From contig VRVR01000045.1 of assembly GCA_009859145.1 (NCBI GenBank), positions 177,940 through 241,939 on the forward strand: 64,000 nucleotides of DNA, read 5' to 3'. A model generated the notes under the pieces. That model was not told the origin of the DNA. It saw nothing but the letters and a program-made list of their open reading frames with translations, and ran no database searches. Origin of the DNA: Andalucia godoyi And28. Lineage: Eukaryota; Protista; Jakobida. Positions 41,929 to 53,879 of the stretch are shown in pieces (within the stretch, counting starts at the first letter, position 1; each line of letters opens with the position of its first letter). The position numbers and the translations under genes were made by a program.

Positions 41929-42423
41929 TTATCCTTTGTGATGCAGTGTGTCAGCCTTCTTATGTTTCTCGAAGCATGAGGGACAGAGGGGATACTTTCT
42001 GAACCGGACGAAAAAAATGTTTTCACATTCCCCGCATTTAACTTTTCGAGAGAGATTTGTACACGGAGAACATAATTCATTGTGTTCGCTGAACTCACGA
42101 ACTGTAAGAGATTTCGAGCAATCCCGGCACACCGGATTCCATTTCTTGTTCTGTCTGTCATACTTTTCATTCTTGTGGTTACTTGGACTATCATTGGCGC
42201 GCGGAAAGCACTCGACGCACAGTTCAGCATCCGAGAGGTCCGCTCGTCTCATGCATTCCGTGCATTCCGAACGATGGGTGCACCATGAAGGCCCGGAATC
42301 TTTTTTCCCGCACGTTTTGCATTGATCCAGTGTATCATTCTCACGGATTGGAGACCCTGGTGGTGACCGACATCCTGGAAAAGATGGATAGGTTAAAAAG
42401 TGTGAGTCCTTCACAACTCCCAT
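41929..42423 (-). CDS. Cys-rich multi zinc-ribbon protein
   Basis: Seven CxxC pairs (CKTC, CTEC, CVEC, CRDC, CSPC, CGEC, CPSC) in 164 aa. Confidence 0.7.
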   Translation of the reverse strand: MGVVKDSHFLTYPSFPGCRSPPGSPIRENDTLDQCKTCGKKDSGPSWCTHRSECTECMRRADLSDAELCVECFPRANDSPSNHKNEKYDRQNKKWNPVCRDCSKSLTVREFSEHNELCSPCTNLSRKVKCGECENIFFVRFRKYPLCPSCFEKHKKADTLHHKG

Positions 42424-42890
42424 AATACAAACTTAGAGTTCGCGGATGCTAAACATGTGGACAAAGAAAAGAAAAAATGGTGTGAGGATTGAGGAATTGT
42501 GCATTTCAGCAAGGGTCAAAGGCATGGCTTGACGCTAGACATTTTTATTCAATTGTTTCACGCTTCAAAGAGGCCGAATATCCAAATCTTCCTTTCTTGA
42601 ATGACCTTAACCGTAGCACAGCAAATACAAAAAAGTAGCATGCATAATGATCAATCCAATGCGTATAGCTACTGCTACTACATGTGCTATGTCACACGCC
42701 TAGTACAAAATGACTGACGCTCTCAATTTCAATGTAATTTCCCCTCTTACTTCTCTTTTCATCTTCTCACCTTGCCCCCTTTTTTAACTACTTTTTTTCT
42801 TTACTGATTCATTTTCCGCAAGGAGAGCATACTTACTTGTCTACAAGTTCCGCTGAAAGCTATTTGAACCGGCTTCCTGACTAATCTCTC

Positions 42891-43216
42891 ATGAAGTCCA
42901 TGTGTGGCACCCAGATTGTCTCCGGAATCCTCGTTTCCACCATCCAACGGAATCAGTGGCTGAACGTTTATAAGTTTGCATGCGTCCGTCGTTTGCCTGT
43001 GTCGTTTATGAAGAGGAGTTTGATATCTGAAGCTTTGCGTGATGAAAAATCAGAGATCTATAAGGTCATGAAGACCCGTGACGTTGCAGTCCGGTGGCTG
43101 ATGCGGATGCTGATAAAGTTCGGAAAGGGAGAGCGTAGTTTTCATTCGGAGAGGAGAGCTAACATCGCAGAAGAGACGGACATTGATGACGACAGTGATG
43201 ACGATGACAGTGACAG

Positions 43217-43249
<33 letters not shown>

Positions 43250-45584
43250 CGACGACGACGACGATGATGATGATAATGAACTGGGTGAGCCAAAGCGAAA
43301 AAAGAAGAAGCGGAATCCATTGTCGGCAAAGTACATTTCGGACCAACTGAAAGATCACGAACTGTGCATGAATGTGGCTGAGTTCTATGATAACCCATGG
43401 AAAGCACCAGAGCCCCATGTGGAATTGATGTTCATCACGGGGGATCTGCGCTTGGAAAGCATGTTCTTTCATTACGTAGTCCTGCTTGATGAACACAACC
43501 GGATCGTCGGCGCGCCGTTAGTCATCGACAGGACGGAGCCACACATCAACAAGCACAAGGTGCGTCATCTTCTGCGGATTGTAGCGTATGAAAAGGCGCC
43601 CCATCAGATGTTCAGTGGTTGGAACATGAAAAAAGCGTTCGGCGGAATGCCTGTTCGAGTAACCGTGAGCACTCCTCCGAAGAGCGTCTTTCCCTATCCG
43701 CCGGTGAATGATCCTGGAGTGACAAGAATGTACAACAAAGTACACCTACATGCACGGAAAATAGTAGGCGATTTCTGTGTGACGGACAGCCATTTTGAGC
43801 TTGCAACGCAGTCAGGTGCTAAAAATGTGCATTCGATGTCCCTGGACGAGGTAGCAAGACAGCTCAATCTTCGCCGACACTCAGATCCGAAAACGCTACT
43901 CGGAACCTTCTCGTTCCAAGCTGGCGTTAAAGATCCTGAGCGTCCCACCCACGGAGAAGAGAAAATGGCTCAGGAAATTGAAATTTCAGTGCAAACGTAC
44001 CAGAGAGTTATGGGAATTTTGTTTACGTATGGATACACAGACTTTTTATCCAAGAATCTGCATCGAGACGCATTCACTGAAGCAGATCGGTCAATTATGC
44101 AAGGGCTCTTCGTCGAAACAGATTGCAATACCTGCTTGTTGAAAAACGAAGTATACAATGTGGAACTTACGATTGTACAGTTGCTTTGGGAACTACGACA
44201 ACGACCGAAGAATTCATTCCCACAGTTACAAAGTACTCCTTCGTTTCTGAAGATTGGCGAATCGATGAAACTTGGCAAAATACTGTTGCTAGACACTCCT
44301 GGACACACTGCTCTTGATGGGTGCACCAGTGTGTGCGGCTGGTGGCGTTCGGGTACAGGATGCAACCCCGGTGTTTTGTGTCCGACTGTCGAGCATCAAA
44401 AATTGGTTAACCAGACGTGTCATGTACCAACGATGCTTCTGGAAGACATGTTTGCTGAGACGCTGTCGAAGGTCGTTGAAAATGTGAAAGAAGGCATTCT
44501 TGTGGTCTGCTACGCGCATTTACTGGGCCTGCGGTCGCTAGGTCACATCCTGCACATTGCGGTTAAACGGCTCTGCATCCAACACTTAGTTATGATTGGA
44601 GATGCCAAAGAACTTCCTGTTCCAGCATCTGTCGACTATGGATGTCCGTTCTCTGATTTTATCGCGATGAAATGCGATGAATTGTTCGTGACTACGGAAA
44701 TTGAAAGGAAGAGCCTACATTGCGTGTTAAGTGAGGCGTCATATCAACAAATCCGGAGCTTGGAAGAATGTGAAAAGGGAAAATCCGATTACCTTCACCT
44801 ACGCTTACCCGGTCTAAAGCTATCAATGCAGTTAATTGATAGGACTGCATGGTTTGCAACTTACGTCTCAGAAGTGACAGACGAAGCAAATGAGCTCTGC
44901 CCTGTTTTTGTAGACTTCCAAACTGTGAAAGGACTAAGCAAAGATATTTTATCTGCACATTTCTATGCAAGTGCTGAGGCAAAGGTCAAACAGAGTGTGT
45001 TCCATGTCAACGAGTATCTTCTTGACAGGGCAAACGGATCATTTTTTCGCCTGCACGCTTTTCGGTCTAATTGTCTTTCTGCTTCCACGACGGAATATCA
45101 GCACACAATTCATGGGACTTTCTTTCGTGACCTTCCCCAAGTAGAGTGCCGTGCAAGGATTACTGGAGACGATCAACAAATCTGGCATGATCTTCGAAAA
45201 TGCCAGCATGCGGCTGCCGTGCAAATCCAGCAAACAAGCCAGCCTTATTTTGATGTCAGTTTTCTGATCCTTGGAAAGTACACAACTTTTCAAGAAATTA
45301 GGAGCGTGCTGCTGCGGACGAAGAAGAGAGTATTCGTTATTGGGACTGAAAAAGAACTGCGCACTGCTTTACGCAACAAAGCAAAACGCTGTTCCAACTT
45401 TTCGAGTCGAGCAAACGGCATTATTGCGCAGTTATCGGGAAAGTTGGCAACAGCAACTGTTCAACAAACGAGTACTCCCAACAATTTCGTTGTTCCTTTC
45501 TTAGATGATAGTGTTGAGAACCCTCTCCCTGAAGAAGAACCTCTCATCTGGGATAGTGGAGATGAGTTGTGGGAGGATTTATAG
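42891..45584 (+). CDS. RecD2-like SF1B helicase, apparently catalytically inactivated, with a poly-Asp tract
   Basis: DNPW, LDEVARQLNL..DP, YGYT and YNVELTI follow RecD2 N-terminal landmarks. LVMIGDAKELP (motif III), HAAAVQIQQTSQPYFD (V) and VLLRTKKRVFVIG (VI) are present. Walker A reads LDTPGHTA and Walker B reads VVCYAH. Confidence 0.7.
43185..43275 (+). repeat. (GAT/GAC)n trinucleotide tract encoding poly-Asp
   Basis: Directly visible and in frame in the RecD2-like ORF. Confidence 0.95.
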
Positions 45585-45884
45585 TAGATATTTTAATGCG
45601 TTCAAACTGCAAAGGCGCACATTTGTTGTCATGAAATCACGATGACTAAGTAGTATACCTGTGTCAAATGTTGTGTTCACTGTCGTCCCGTTTGAATCAC
45701 TCCCGCAACAGTTGATACACTAATTGACTTATATTTAGGTAGGTAAATTCATTTTCGATTAATATCTGATCATCTCATAAAGACAAAGGAGCAGCCAGAC
45801 CTTAAAAATGAAACGCCAGACAAGATAAGGGCCAGGACAGATCAGTGACTGCTGGAGACCTCCAAATGACAAGTTGATTTACAT

Positions 45885-48422
45885 TCAGCCCCTTCCGTAA
45901 AATTTCTTGGAAAGTTCGCGTACGACAGAGAATACTTCTTTTTCAAGCGTTGCAGTGGAGGTTTGGTCAACCTGTAAGGGGCGGTACGGAAGTGTAACGA
46001 AGATCTTTTGAGCTTCAAAAACCAGCCGACTTACATAGTTACTTCGACGGTTATCCAAACAAGAAGTCTTAAACTCCTGTTTAACGGGCAGCAGTTCGAA
46101 GACAGGCTCGCACGAATTTCTAATTCGAATGATCAGTGGCGCACAGCAGCCTTCGCTTGCAACACGCATCAGCAGTTCATTTGACAGAGGAAAGAAACTC
46201 GCTTCTTCAAAAGAACGGAATTCTCGATTGGGGTTCACTGCGGCTTCAATAATGGCTGCAAATGCACGAATTACGCATGAGCTCGTGTCAATCAGCGTAG
46301 AAGAGCGATAGTTCATACGAGAGGCACCAAAGAATTCCAAGTACGAGGACAGTTGAGAGAGATAATCCGCCTCCCTTCGATAATAGCTATCAATGCCTTC
46401 AGTGCGGGGAGGAAACGCATGAAGCACTTGTTTGTCCTCAATACAGATGTCCTCAAAACAAGAAAAAAGTGAGCCACGAACATCTTCATGAGAAACTGAG
46501 GGGCATGACGCCAAAAATCGATGGATACGAATAACGGACAGAAGGAATGGAATCGCAGTCGTCGTCGTTATCAACGGAATGCGATCTTCATCGTTCGCAG
46601 AAGAATTACTATTCAGCAGTCCTCTGATACATTCTAAAAGACTGTCAAGCTCAGCTTTCTCCGGGGCATTGTCATTCACCTTCATGCGAGAAATAAAATC
46701 CCTAAATTTCGTCAACTGCCCTTTCGTCCATGTCAATTTTTCGGTTGAACACAAGACAGAAAGAATTTGACGTCTCATAGTCTCCTGATTCGCTTGCCAA
46801 GACGAGAAAATGGCGGCTTCTGTATTGCCATGCAGACATGACAACGCAAATATCAGGCAATCGAGAATAGCATCGTAATGCTCACGAGTTTTGCATGGCT
46901 CATTCCATTCGGCGTTCTGATTCGTGGAGAAGCAAGAAATTAAGACGCATACTGCACTTTTCCGGGAAAACAAATCATCTTGAGGTGACAAAAGACGGCA
47001 AAGAATCTGAATTGAAATCGGGTAGACAAACGCATCAGGCTTTGACTTCTTCACCTTTCCACAAATCGATGAATGCAGAAACGAGATAAGGGCAAGATGC
47101 CGAGTAACTTTGTGACGAACTTCAGGATTCGAAAAGAAGACTTCATACTCATCATCGCTACACGGGAAAACCCTGCATGACAAGTCTTGTGTATGCGTGG
47201 CTGCGGCCCGACTACCATCAATACTCTTAAGAGCATCCGACAGCCATGTTTCTAGCGCATGACTCGGAGGAAGGATTGCATAGTTGTCGTCAAGATCGTC
47301 AACAAACAACGCCGTGACTCTTGCATCCAAATAGAGAACAGAAGGATTGGAGAAATCATCAGTGAAATACTTGGATTTGAACTTCGGAATATCCCCATTG
47401 CGTGCACGCGCTGAAGATATGCCGAACAAACGCATCTCTGTGTCACGTCTATCACGATGCGTAACATGTCCCAATAAACGTAAGATGCCAACTCCCAAAA
47501 GAAACAACGGCGGCACCTGAGGACAGGAAACTGGAAATTGATGGTACATGCAAGCAACATTGTGAACAACCCTTTCGATCTGACGCTGCAAATCAGAATT
47601 TGCAGAAATGGAGGATTCCTCGGTTTCAACCTTCTCCATGCGCTCGACACACAAAGTGTAAAGGTAGAGTAAATTCTCTTTTGTCGAAAATACAATAGGG
47701 CACAGAAAGAGCAGCATAAGGCGCAATGCGGATAGTTTGCCATTGTCATTGATCCCATGGCTTATACACAACTTACCAACTTTGGGTTCAGCTAACTTCA
47801 GGACTCGTAGATAATTGAAGACATCAAGAAACCGCCACATACTCTGAACGCATGCATTAAAAGTTTCTTGTTTGAAATTCTCTCGGAAAACCACACTTCC
47901 AAGAGTTTCATGATATTGAGAGAAAATCGAATCCAATCGCAACATTCTTTCGACCCAGGGGCCCGGCAATTCGGATTGCAATGCAACAATGAAATACGAC
48001 GGAAGCTGCAATGCTTCATTTGTTGGACCTCCTGACGAACTTCTCGCTGAATCCTCCAAAAACAACTTGATTGTGCATGCAATCGTTTTGATGACTGCGT
48101 CTTGTTTAAAAGAGTCCTTTTTCGCATCCTTCTTGCTGGTTTTAAACCAGATAGTCCATAAAGGGTTAGGATGACACTTTCCACGACCATAATGACACTT
48201 CGCTCTATCGTAATATTTCTTAAACGCTGTGTTCGAGTAATCAAGAAACCATAATTCTCTTTTTTCTGCAAACGTATTGAATACACGCTCGAAATGTGTT
48301 TGGAAATCCGCACAATCTGGATGCTGAAGGATTTTGGCAAGTGGCTGAACAGGATTATCAGGGGAGCCAACACGGCTCCGTTTTGGAGGTTTAACAGAAA
48401 AACTGGACATCATTTCTTCCAT
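45885..48422 (-). CDS. Large helical orphan protein (~845 aa) with an NLS-like N-terminus
   Basis: Long open frame. Likely start MEEMMSS at 48422, since the upstream in-frame extension is a pyrimidine tract. KPPKRSR is NLS-like. Confidence 0.75.
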   Translation of the reverse strand: MEEMMSSFSVKPPKRSRVGSPDNPVQPLAKILQHPDCADFQTHFERVFNTFAEKRELWFLDYSNTAFKKYYDRAKCHYGRGKCHPNPLWTIWFKTSKKDAKKDSFKQDAVIKTIACTIKLFLEDSARSSSGGPTNEALQLPSYFIVALQSELPGPWVERMLRLDSIFSQYHETLGSVVFRENFKQETFNACVQSMWRFLDVFNYLRVLKLAEPKVGKLCISHGINDNGKLSALRLMLLFLCPIVFSTKENLLYLYTLCVERMEKVETEESSISANSDLQRQIERVVHNVACMYHQFPVSCPQVPPLFLLGVGILRLLGHVTHRDRRDTEMRLFGISSARARNGDIPKFKSKYFTDDFSNPSVLYLDARVTALFVDDLDDNYAILPPSHALETWLSDALKSIDGSRAAATHTQDLSCRVFPCSDDEYEVFFSNPEVRHKVTRHLALISFLHSSICGKVKKSKPDAFVYPISIQILCRLLSPQDDLFSRKSAVCVLISCFSTNQNAEWNEPCKTREHYDAILDCLIFALSCLHGNTEAAIFSSWQANQETMRRQILSVLCSTEKLTWTKGQLTKFRDFISRMKVNDNAPEKAELDSLLECIRGLLNSNSSANDEDRIPLITTTTAIPFLLSVIRIHRFLASCPSVSHEDVRGSLFSCFEDICIEDKQVLHAFPPRTEGIDSYYRREADYLSQLSSYLEFFGASRMNYRSSTLIDTSSCVIRAFAAIIEAAVNPNREFRSFEEASFFPLSNELLMRVASEGCCAPLIIRIRNSCEPVFELLPVKQEFKTSCLDNRRSNYVSRLVFEAQKIFVTLPYRPLQVDQTSTATLEKEVFSVVRELSKKFYGRG

Positions 48423-49500
48423 TTCTGTGAATGAGGAACAAAACCTAAAGAGAAGAACAAAAGATCTAAACAGGAAGAAAGAGGGAAAAAAAGGAAGAGA
48501 ACTGGATTCCGGAGTTGACGCATGCTCCAAAGACTGGAGAAACCATAGCTTGATGCTAACACACTCAGCACATCCGCTGCGTGCCTTTCAGAGGGGCGCC
48601 TTCAGGAACGGAATCGGACGATTTTACTATATCCCTCCCTCGGATGTCGCTAAACCAGACCAATGACGAGAACCAACGTCAGGCTTTGTACGAGCCTTAG
48701 ATCAGCACTGCAAACGCCATCGCTGGATGCCGTTTGAAAGCCGGGAGTTCCAGAACTGCGCAGGTAGGTTGCAGTTTGTTTCTGTCCTCGGACACAATGA
48801 TGTTCACTTCTTCCCCAATCAGAAACGAAAAGCAGCTGTTTGGTAGTCAGTCCTTGATGAATCTTGTGGTGTGCAAACTGATCCTCTCCCGTGGTATTTC
48901 CAAGCTCTCCATGACAAGACATGCTCCTTCGTCTCCTGACGGCTCTGAAAACACGACCGAAGAAGACTGTTGTTCCGAGAAAAGTCTAGAGACTGCCGCA
49001 GACGATGAGGTAAACTGCAAACATGTCCACATCGGCAAATCCAAAAACATGGATATTCTTCTCAACTGTGAAAAACGGTTGTTTGGCCATTACTGGACAC
49101 ACGAAGCTAATGCAAATGGAAGAAAATGCAATTCACAAAGGTTTCGTTGCAGGAGAAAGTCAAACCATGAAACGGCCGCTGAAATGTGCTAGCATCAAGC
49201 ATCAAGCAGTGGGTTCTCCAGTTTTTGGCAGCATCTCTTTTGACCAGAGAACGCTTTGTAGACCGACCTCAGTCGACATTCGTAGATCGTGGATAGCACG
49301 CATGGAACTGAAATGGAAAGCGCCCTCGTGGACAGAATCCAAGGTTTCTGCTGTTTTCTGCTATTTCTGATTTTACTTAAATATTCATTTGCCTTCTCAT
49401 AGAGACGAGTATACAACAACGCATGCCACGTTTCGGAGCATCAGTTTTCTATGGACATCCATTGTTAAAAATAATGCCTCCAAATAGCGACGGTTCGTGT

Positions 49501-52500
49501 CTACCTGCGTCGCTTGCTTCTCGGCTCACTGTCGTCGCTTGTGCAGCTACTAAAATCCTCGTCCGATAGTGAGACTCTTTCTTTCTTCCTTGTGTCCTTT
49601 GATGCAATCTGGACCTTCGAGGCTTTGTGGTGCTTTGTTGGTTTCGTGAGACGGGTCTTCTGTCTCATGACTTCCTCTTCGATGCTGTCTTCAGTTTCCG
49701 ACAACACAGCATCGCTGGAAGGTTCCTCTTCTTCACTACCATTTTCAGAAGAGTGTGATGTGACATTTTCTCGATTCTGCGACCATTGCGTGGCTTGGGG
49801 AGATATTGCCGGGGCCCGCGTTGAACTATCCACATTGGTAGTGCGCTGAAATTGGATGCGATTTCTTTCTTCAACGAAAGCCGTCGTTTGCACGGCGGGC
49901 ATGACTCGTTGATCGAGACTGGTAGCTTCCGTCCCAAGCTTCATTTCAAATACTTGCAACTTCTCATGTCCCCAGAAGCTTGAGCTAGAAGCTTCAGCCA
50001 GTGCGTCATCGTCGTCGTCATCATCACCATCATCATCCGTGGGATTGACCTTGTTGTTCTTTCGATGATGTGCTTCTGCTTTCCGATCTTCGTCCTCAAT
50101 CAAACTATCTGGATAGTTTAAGGGCTTCGCAGAATACAGAGTCTCCGCAAACTTTTTAGGGTCAACGGTATTCATGAATGATTTCTTGAGGGGAGCCATG
50201 ATCCGTTCCAGATGCTTCCGCATGCAGTACTTGTCTGTATCCTCCCGAATCTGGATTGTCAAATTGGAGTTTCGACCTGAGCTCATTGTCATATTCCGAT
50301 TGTTACCCATCAACCGCTGTGATGCTTCCCCTCGATAGGATATATTGAGAAATTCATTTGTGGACGATGAGGCAACTGACTGAACGGTTTTGCAGATATG
50401 CGGATATCTGTTGCTTAGCTTCTCGAGCACAAGATAAGTTCTCTTTTCGGTGTACACTGATGCATTTGCTTCAATAATAGCAGATACCACATGGGAAACA
50501 TGGGAGTTCCGCGGAGCTGCTAAGAAAATCTTGGTGTAGAGCACCAATCGTCGGGCCATTTCAATTTTGGGCACTCCCTTTTCGTCCAGCAACACCATGT
50601 TTTCTACATTGCGACAGATGATATTGCACGTTGTTGGCAAAAGGACATGCCTGTCCGACACCGTGGAATCTCCCTTCTCTACTATATCGTCCTCCCTCAT
50701 TTCGTACTGTTTTCCCTTTTCAACTTGACGATACAAGAACTCAAATCCTGCATCTACTTGTTGTTGAAGGATGCCAAACTCGCTGAATGCAAGTTTTGTG
50801 ACCTCTTTCCTTATGTCTGAAATATCAGATTCTATCTGGACATAAGTGTGATCTACGAATCTCTGAAGCTCCATAATATCACAACTGACACGGGCTGCTC
50901 CATGAGGCCTGTGATATGACCAAACTACTTTGTTTTCGCGGCACAATCTACAAATGATGCGTAGAATCTTTTCGGCATACAATTTTTCAGTCTCATGGAT
51001 GAGAGACATGTGGAAGATGGTTCCCTTATGCCACGAAGCAGAAATGTCACAAACCTTTTCCGGCGCATTCTTGTTTTGCTGTATTGCGCCACCAATTACT
51101 TCATAAGGATGTGACGTGATGGAACGACTGCCAAAATCCTCAAGAATCTTATCAATTGAAGCCATTGAGGGCCTATTACTAGGATCCATTCTCCGGAAGA
51201 GTTCCTTGACCAGATCACTTCTGTTGGAATCAACATAGAAGTAGCTTTCATCTGTTCTTTCAACACCTTTCACGCGCTCAGACTTGTGTTGTGGATTGTT
51301 GCGATACAGTTCAAACAATTTGTCTTTCACAATTTGTTCGTCCGGATTTTCATTTTCGATGCTAATCATCGACATAGCGAGCACCATAATTTCAAATGTG
51401 CAAAAGAGATGTGGTGAGCCATGTTGCACGATTGACGAGACAATGTCTTCGAGAAGCGCATCTTCTGAAATGAGATTTCGAGCAGGAGATGCTTCTGTGC
51501 AGAACACTCGAATCAGCATGTAATCAATTACCATATGCCTTGCGAGGATCTTTGCTCGTTCTAATGTTCGGACATGTAGTCTCTTTCGTCCTCTTGAAGC
51601 TAGAATGTTCTGTGCCTTTTCTACAAGGAGAGGGAATATGTCCATGGAAACATCAGTCAGGACACGAGATTCGATCATCTTTTCCACTAGAAAATGCATC
51701 AGGCATTTCCATCGCCATTCATTATCAAGATTTTGTCTCTCCATCGCTTCGGCAGACCCTTCCAAGTCTTCTGCTAGTTTAACAGCACCAAGAGACCGGA
51801 CGTCAGTTACACTTTCCGCTAAGAAGATGATTAAGAACCTTGTCAGCAGTGCGGCATCCACCGTGCTTGTCAACGCATTTGAGGCATAGAAGTGACAACC
51901 AATGCACTCGGACTTGCTTATTTTGTTCGTGCGCTCCTTGCTTTCCTCGTCACGCACAAACTCAAGGATGACAATTGACATCTTTGTCAGAATGTCTTTA
52001 AGGGCGTTCGTCAAGTCACTATCGGTAGTATACTCATGGATCGGAAACTCATGGTTCATCTTCAGAATGTCGTTATTGTCCTTTGCCACCGCATCTGCAC
52101 GCTTCGTCTGAGATGTAATTCTGTTAGCTCCCGGTGTGACTCTCTCAACGGTGTCCAGTCCGAAGGATTTCGATGTGGAGTTTTGACCCAAAAGGAGAAC
52201 ATTGAAATGAAGTTCATTGCTGTACCGGTATGTGTCGTACCGGCCCACGAGAAGGGTGAAAAGAGGGATGTGACAGGAGTAGACCTTCCAGACTTTGTCG
52301 AAATGTTCGATGTCTCGAATGACACAGTTCGCATACAGTCCAAGATCGTTGAATATCATTTCATAAGTTGGAGCGTGCTTCATGTTGATATTCAACAAAT
52401 TGCTCAACAACACCTTTGTCCGTTCGCACATATGAGCCGATCGTGTTAACGCTTTGTCACAGAACATTGAGATCCGCTGAGAATGGGCTTCGCGGATTTT

Positions 52501-53790
52501 GTTCATCACTTGAGCATCAACAGTTTTCGGATTGAGCTTGTACAGTCCCCTCAGCTCGGTTTCGAGTTTCTTTCCAAGTTCCTCATTCTTCCTGCGAAGG
52601 CTCCGGAATACAGAACTATCTACCTGCTCCATGATTGCCTGCGGATCCTGCAAATCCATTTTCGATTTCTCGATTTTCACAAAGTTCAGGCTGTTAGGAT
52701 CGAAGTTGGAGCGATCTTTCAGGAAGTGATCTTTCGCGGGCAGACCCATCGCAGTTCTCAAACTCTTAGCCTTCACCTCTTGCATCAGTAACTCTGCTTC
52801 GATTCTGTCATCTGCAATATCGTATTTCTCCAAATACTGAGGTGTGTCTTGGACGTTCAAAGCATGCGATGATTGACGGACATCCTTTTCATATAACGGA
52901 TTCACGAAGTATTTCTGGAAGCTAGGGAGATACCGGCCCATGATGATCTCCGTATCGATGTCCTGTGGTTCCAGCACCATTCCGCACTGCGACGGCACAT
53001 CAGTCTGGAAGGAATCTTCATTTGACCGATGTCCTGTATCACACATCCGGAATTCGTAGGACCTATTCGAGACTGTCACATAGTTGTCAATGTTTCGGAA
53101 TTTAGAATGAGCCATCGGCGGAGTGTTCTGGAGTGCGATTTCATATCTGAATGCATTGAAGGGATTCAGTATATTTGAAGGGTCGTTCAGTGCTGCTTTC
53201 AGCGCATTCTTGCGGACCTCCGCTGAAAATTCACAGCCCCAGTACATACCGACGATCTTGAGCAAATGCGGCAGAGACTTGATGTCCGTGAAACGAAGAA
53301 ACTCGGGAGCATTCTCCACTTCTCCGCGGCCCTTCGCTGGTAAGTACAAACGCTTGCGGATCTTTTCCATGAGGTTCTTCATGGCTATTTCTTCGTTGAC
53401 ATGCGGGTTTGCGATGTCTTTCTTCAAAACCCATATGCGGAATGCGAGGGCTAAAGTTTCATCGTTGTGCGCATGCACATCTTCGAAAACCACTTCAATG
53501 GCTTCTCCAGGAGCATATCCAGCGTCCTCTGCAATTTTCTGGTATTCCTGCACAAACTGAAGCAAGAACTGAAGAGTTGCCTTCATGTGCGCACCTTCCT
53601 TGTTGGTTTTGAAGTCGTTGAATGTTTTAGCATTCTCGATCATGAGGGCAGTTGGCACTGTCAGACACAGTATGTTGGCGAGATTCCGAAAATGAATGAG
53701 AATCTTACTGTGGAGGTTGTTCCACATGGCATGGTTATTTTTCTCCATGGCGGATGCGACTGCTGCAGCAGTGTCGGCGGTTGAGGTCAT
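49501..53790 (-). CDS. Highly divergent MCM-like AAA+ helicase (~1430 aa)
   Basis: Ordered MCM-box motifs: FNVLLLGQNSTSKS (Walker A), ILKMNHEF (degenerate Walker B), ALKDILTKMSIVI, FYASN (sensor 1), DAALLTRFLIIF (Arg finger), HVRTLERAKILAR (sensor 2). Likely start MTSTADT at 53790. Confidence 0.72.
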   Translation of the reverse strand: MTSTADTAAAVASAMEKNNHAMWNNLHSKILIHFRNLANILCLTVPTALMIENAKTFNDFKTNKEGAHMKATLQFLLQFVQEYQKIAEDAGYAPGEAIEVVFEDVHAHNDETLALAFRIWVLKKDIANPHVNEEIAMKNLMEKIRKRLYLPAKGRGEVENAPEFLRFTDIKSLPHLLKIVGMYWGCEFSAEVRKNALKAALNDPSNILNPFNAFRYEIALQNTPPMAHSKFRNIDNYVTVSNRSYEFRMCDTGHRSNEDSFQTDVPSQCGMVLEPQDIDTEIIMGRYLPSFQKYFVNPLYEKDVRQSSHALNVQDTPQYLEKYDIADDRIEAELLMQEVKAKSLRTAMGLPAKDHFLKDRSNFDPNSLNFVKIEKSKMDLQDPQAIMEQVDSSVFRSLRRKNEELGKKLETELRGLYKLNPKTVDAQVMNKIREAHSQRISMFCDKALTRSAHMCERTKVLLSNLLNINMKHAPTYEMIFNDLGLYANCVIRDIEHFDKVWKVYSCHIPLFTLLVGRYDTYRYSNELHFNVLLLGQNSTSKSFGLDTVERVTPGANRITSQTKRADAVAKDNNDILKMNHEFPIHEYTTDSDLTNALKDILTKMSIVILEFVRDEESKERTNKISKSECIGCHFYASNALTSTVDAALLTRFLIIFLAESVTDVRSLGAVKLAEDLEGSAEAMERQNLDNEWRWKCLMHFLVEKMIESRVLTDVSMDIFPLLVEKAQNILASRGRKRLHVRTLERAKILARHMVIDYMLIRVFCTEASPARNLISEDALLEDIVSSIVQHGSPHLFCTFEIMVLAMSMISIENENPDEQIVKDKLFELYRNNPQHKSERVKGVERTDESYFYVDSNRSDLVKELFRRMDPSNRPSMASIDKILEDFGSRSITSHPYEVIGGAIQQNKNAPEKVCDISASWHKGTIFHMSLIHETEKLYAEKILRIICRLCRENKVVWSYHRPHGAARVSCDIMELQRFVDHTYVQIESDISDIRKEVTKLAFSEFGILQQQVDAGFEFLYRQVEKGKQYEMREDDIVEKGDSTVSDRHVLLPTTCNIICRNVENMVLLDEKGVPKIEMARRLVLYTKIFLAAPRNSHVSHVVSAIIEANASVYTEKRTYLVLEKLSNRYPHICKTVQSVASSSTNEFLNISYRGEASQRLMGNNRNMTMSSGRNSNLTIQIREDTDKYCMRKHLERIMAPLKKSFMNTVDPKKFAETLYSAKPLNYPDSLIEDEDRKAEAHHRKNNKVNPTDDDGDDDDDDDALAEASSSSFWGHEKLQVFEMKLGTEATSLDQRVMPAVQTTAFVEERNRIQFQRTTNVDSSTRAPAISPQATQWSQNRENVTSHSSENGSEEEEPSSDAVLSETEDSIEEEVMRQKTRLTKPTKHHKASKVQIASKDTRKKERVSLSDEDFSSCTSDDSEPRSKRRR

Positions 53791-53879
53791 TGTTGACAAT
53801 GAGGGGGTTGGATTGGGTTGGTTGGTAAGCTGGGTTAGAGGGAGCAGAAAGGAAATGGTGGGGAGCTTTGTTGAGAGCA

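Noticed and set aside
43050-43496. Poly-His, poly-Ser and poly-Ile ORFs on the minus strand
   Set aside because: Antisense shadows of the GAT/GAC tract.
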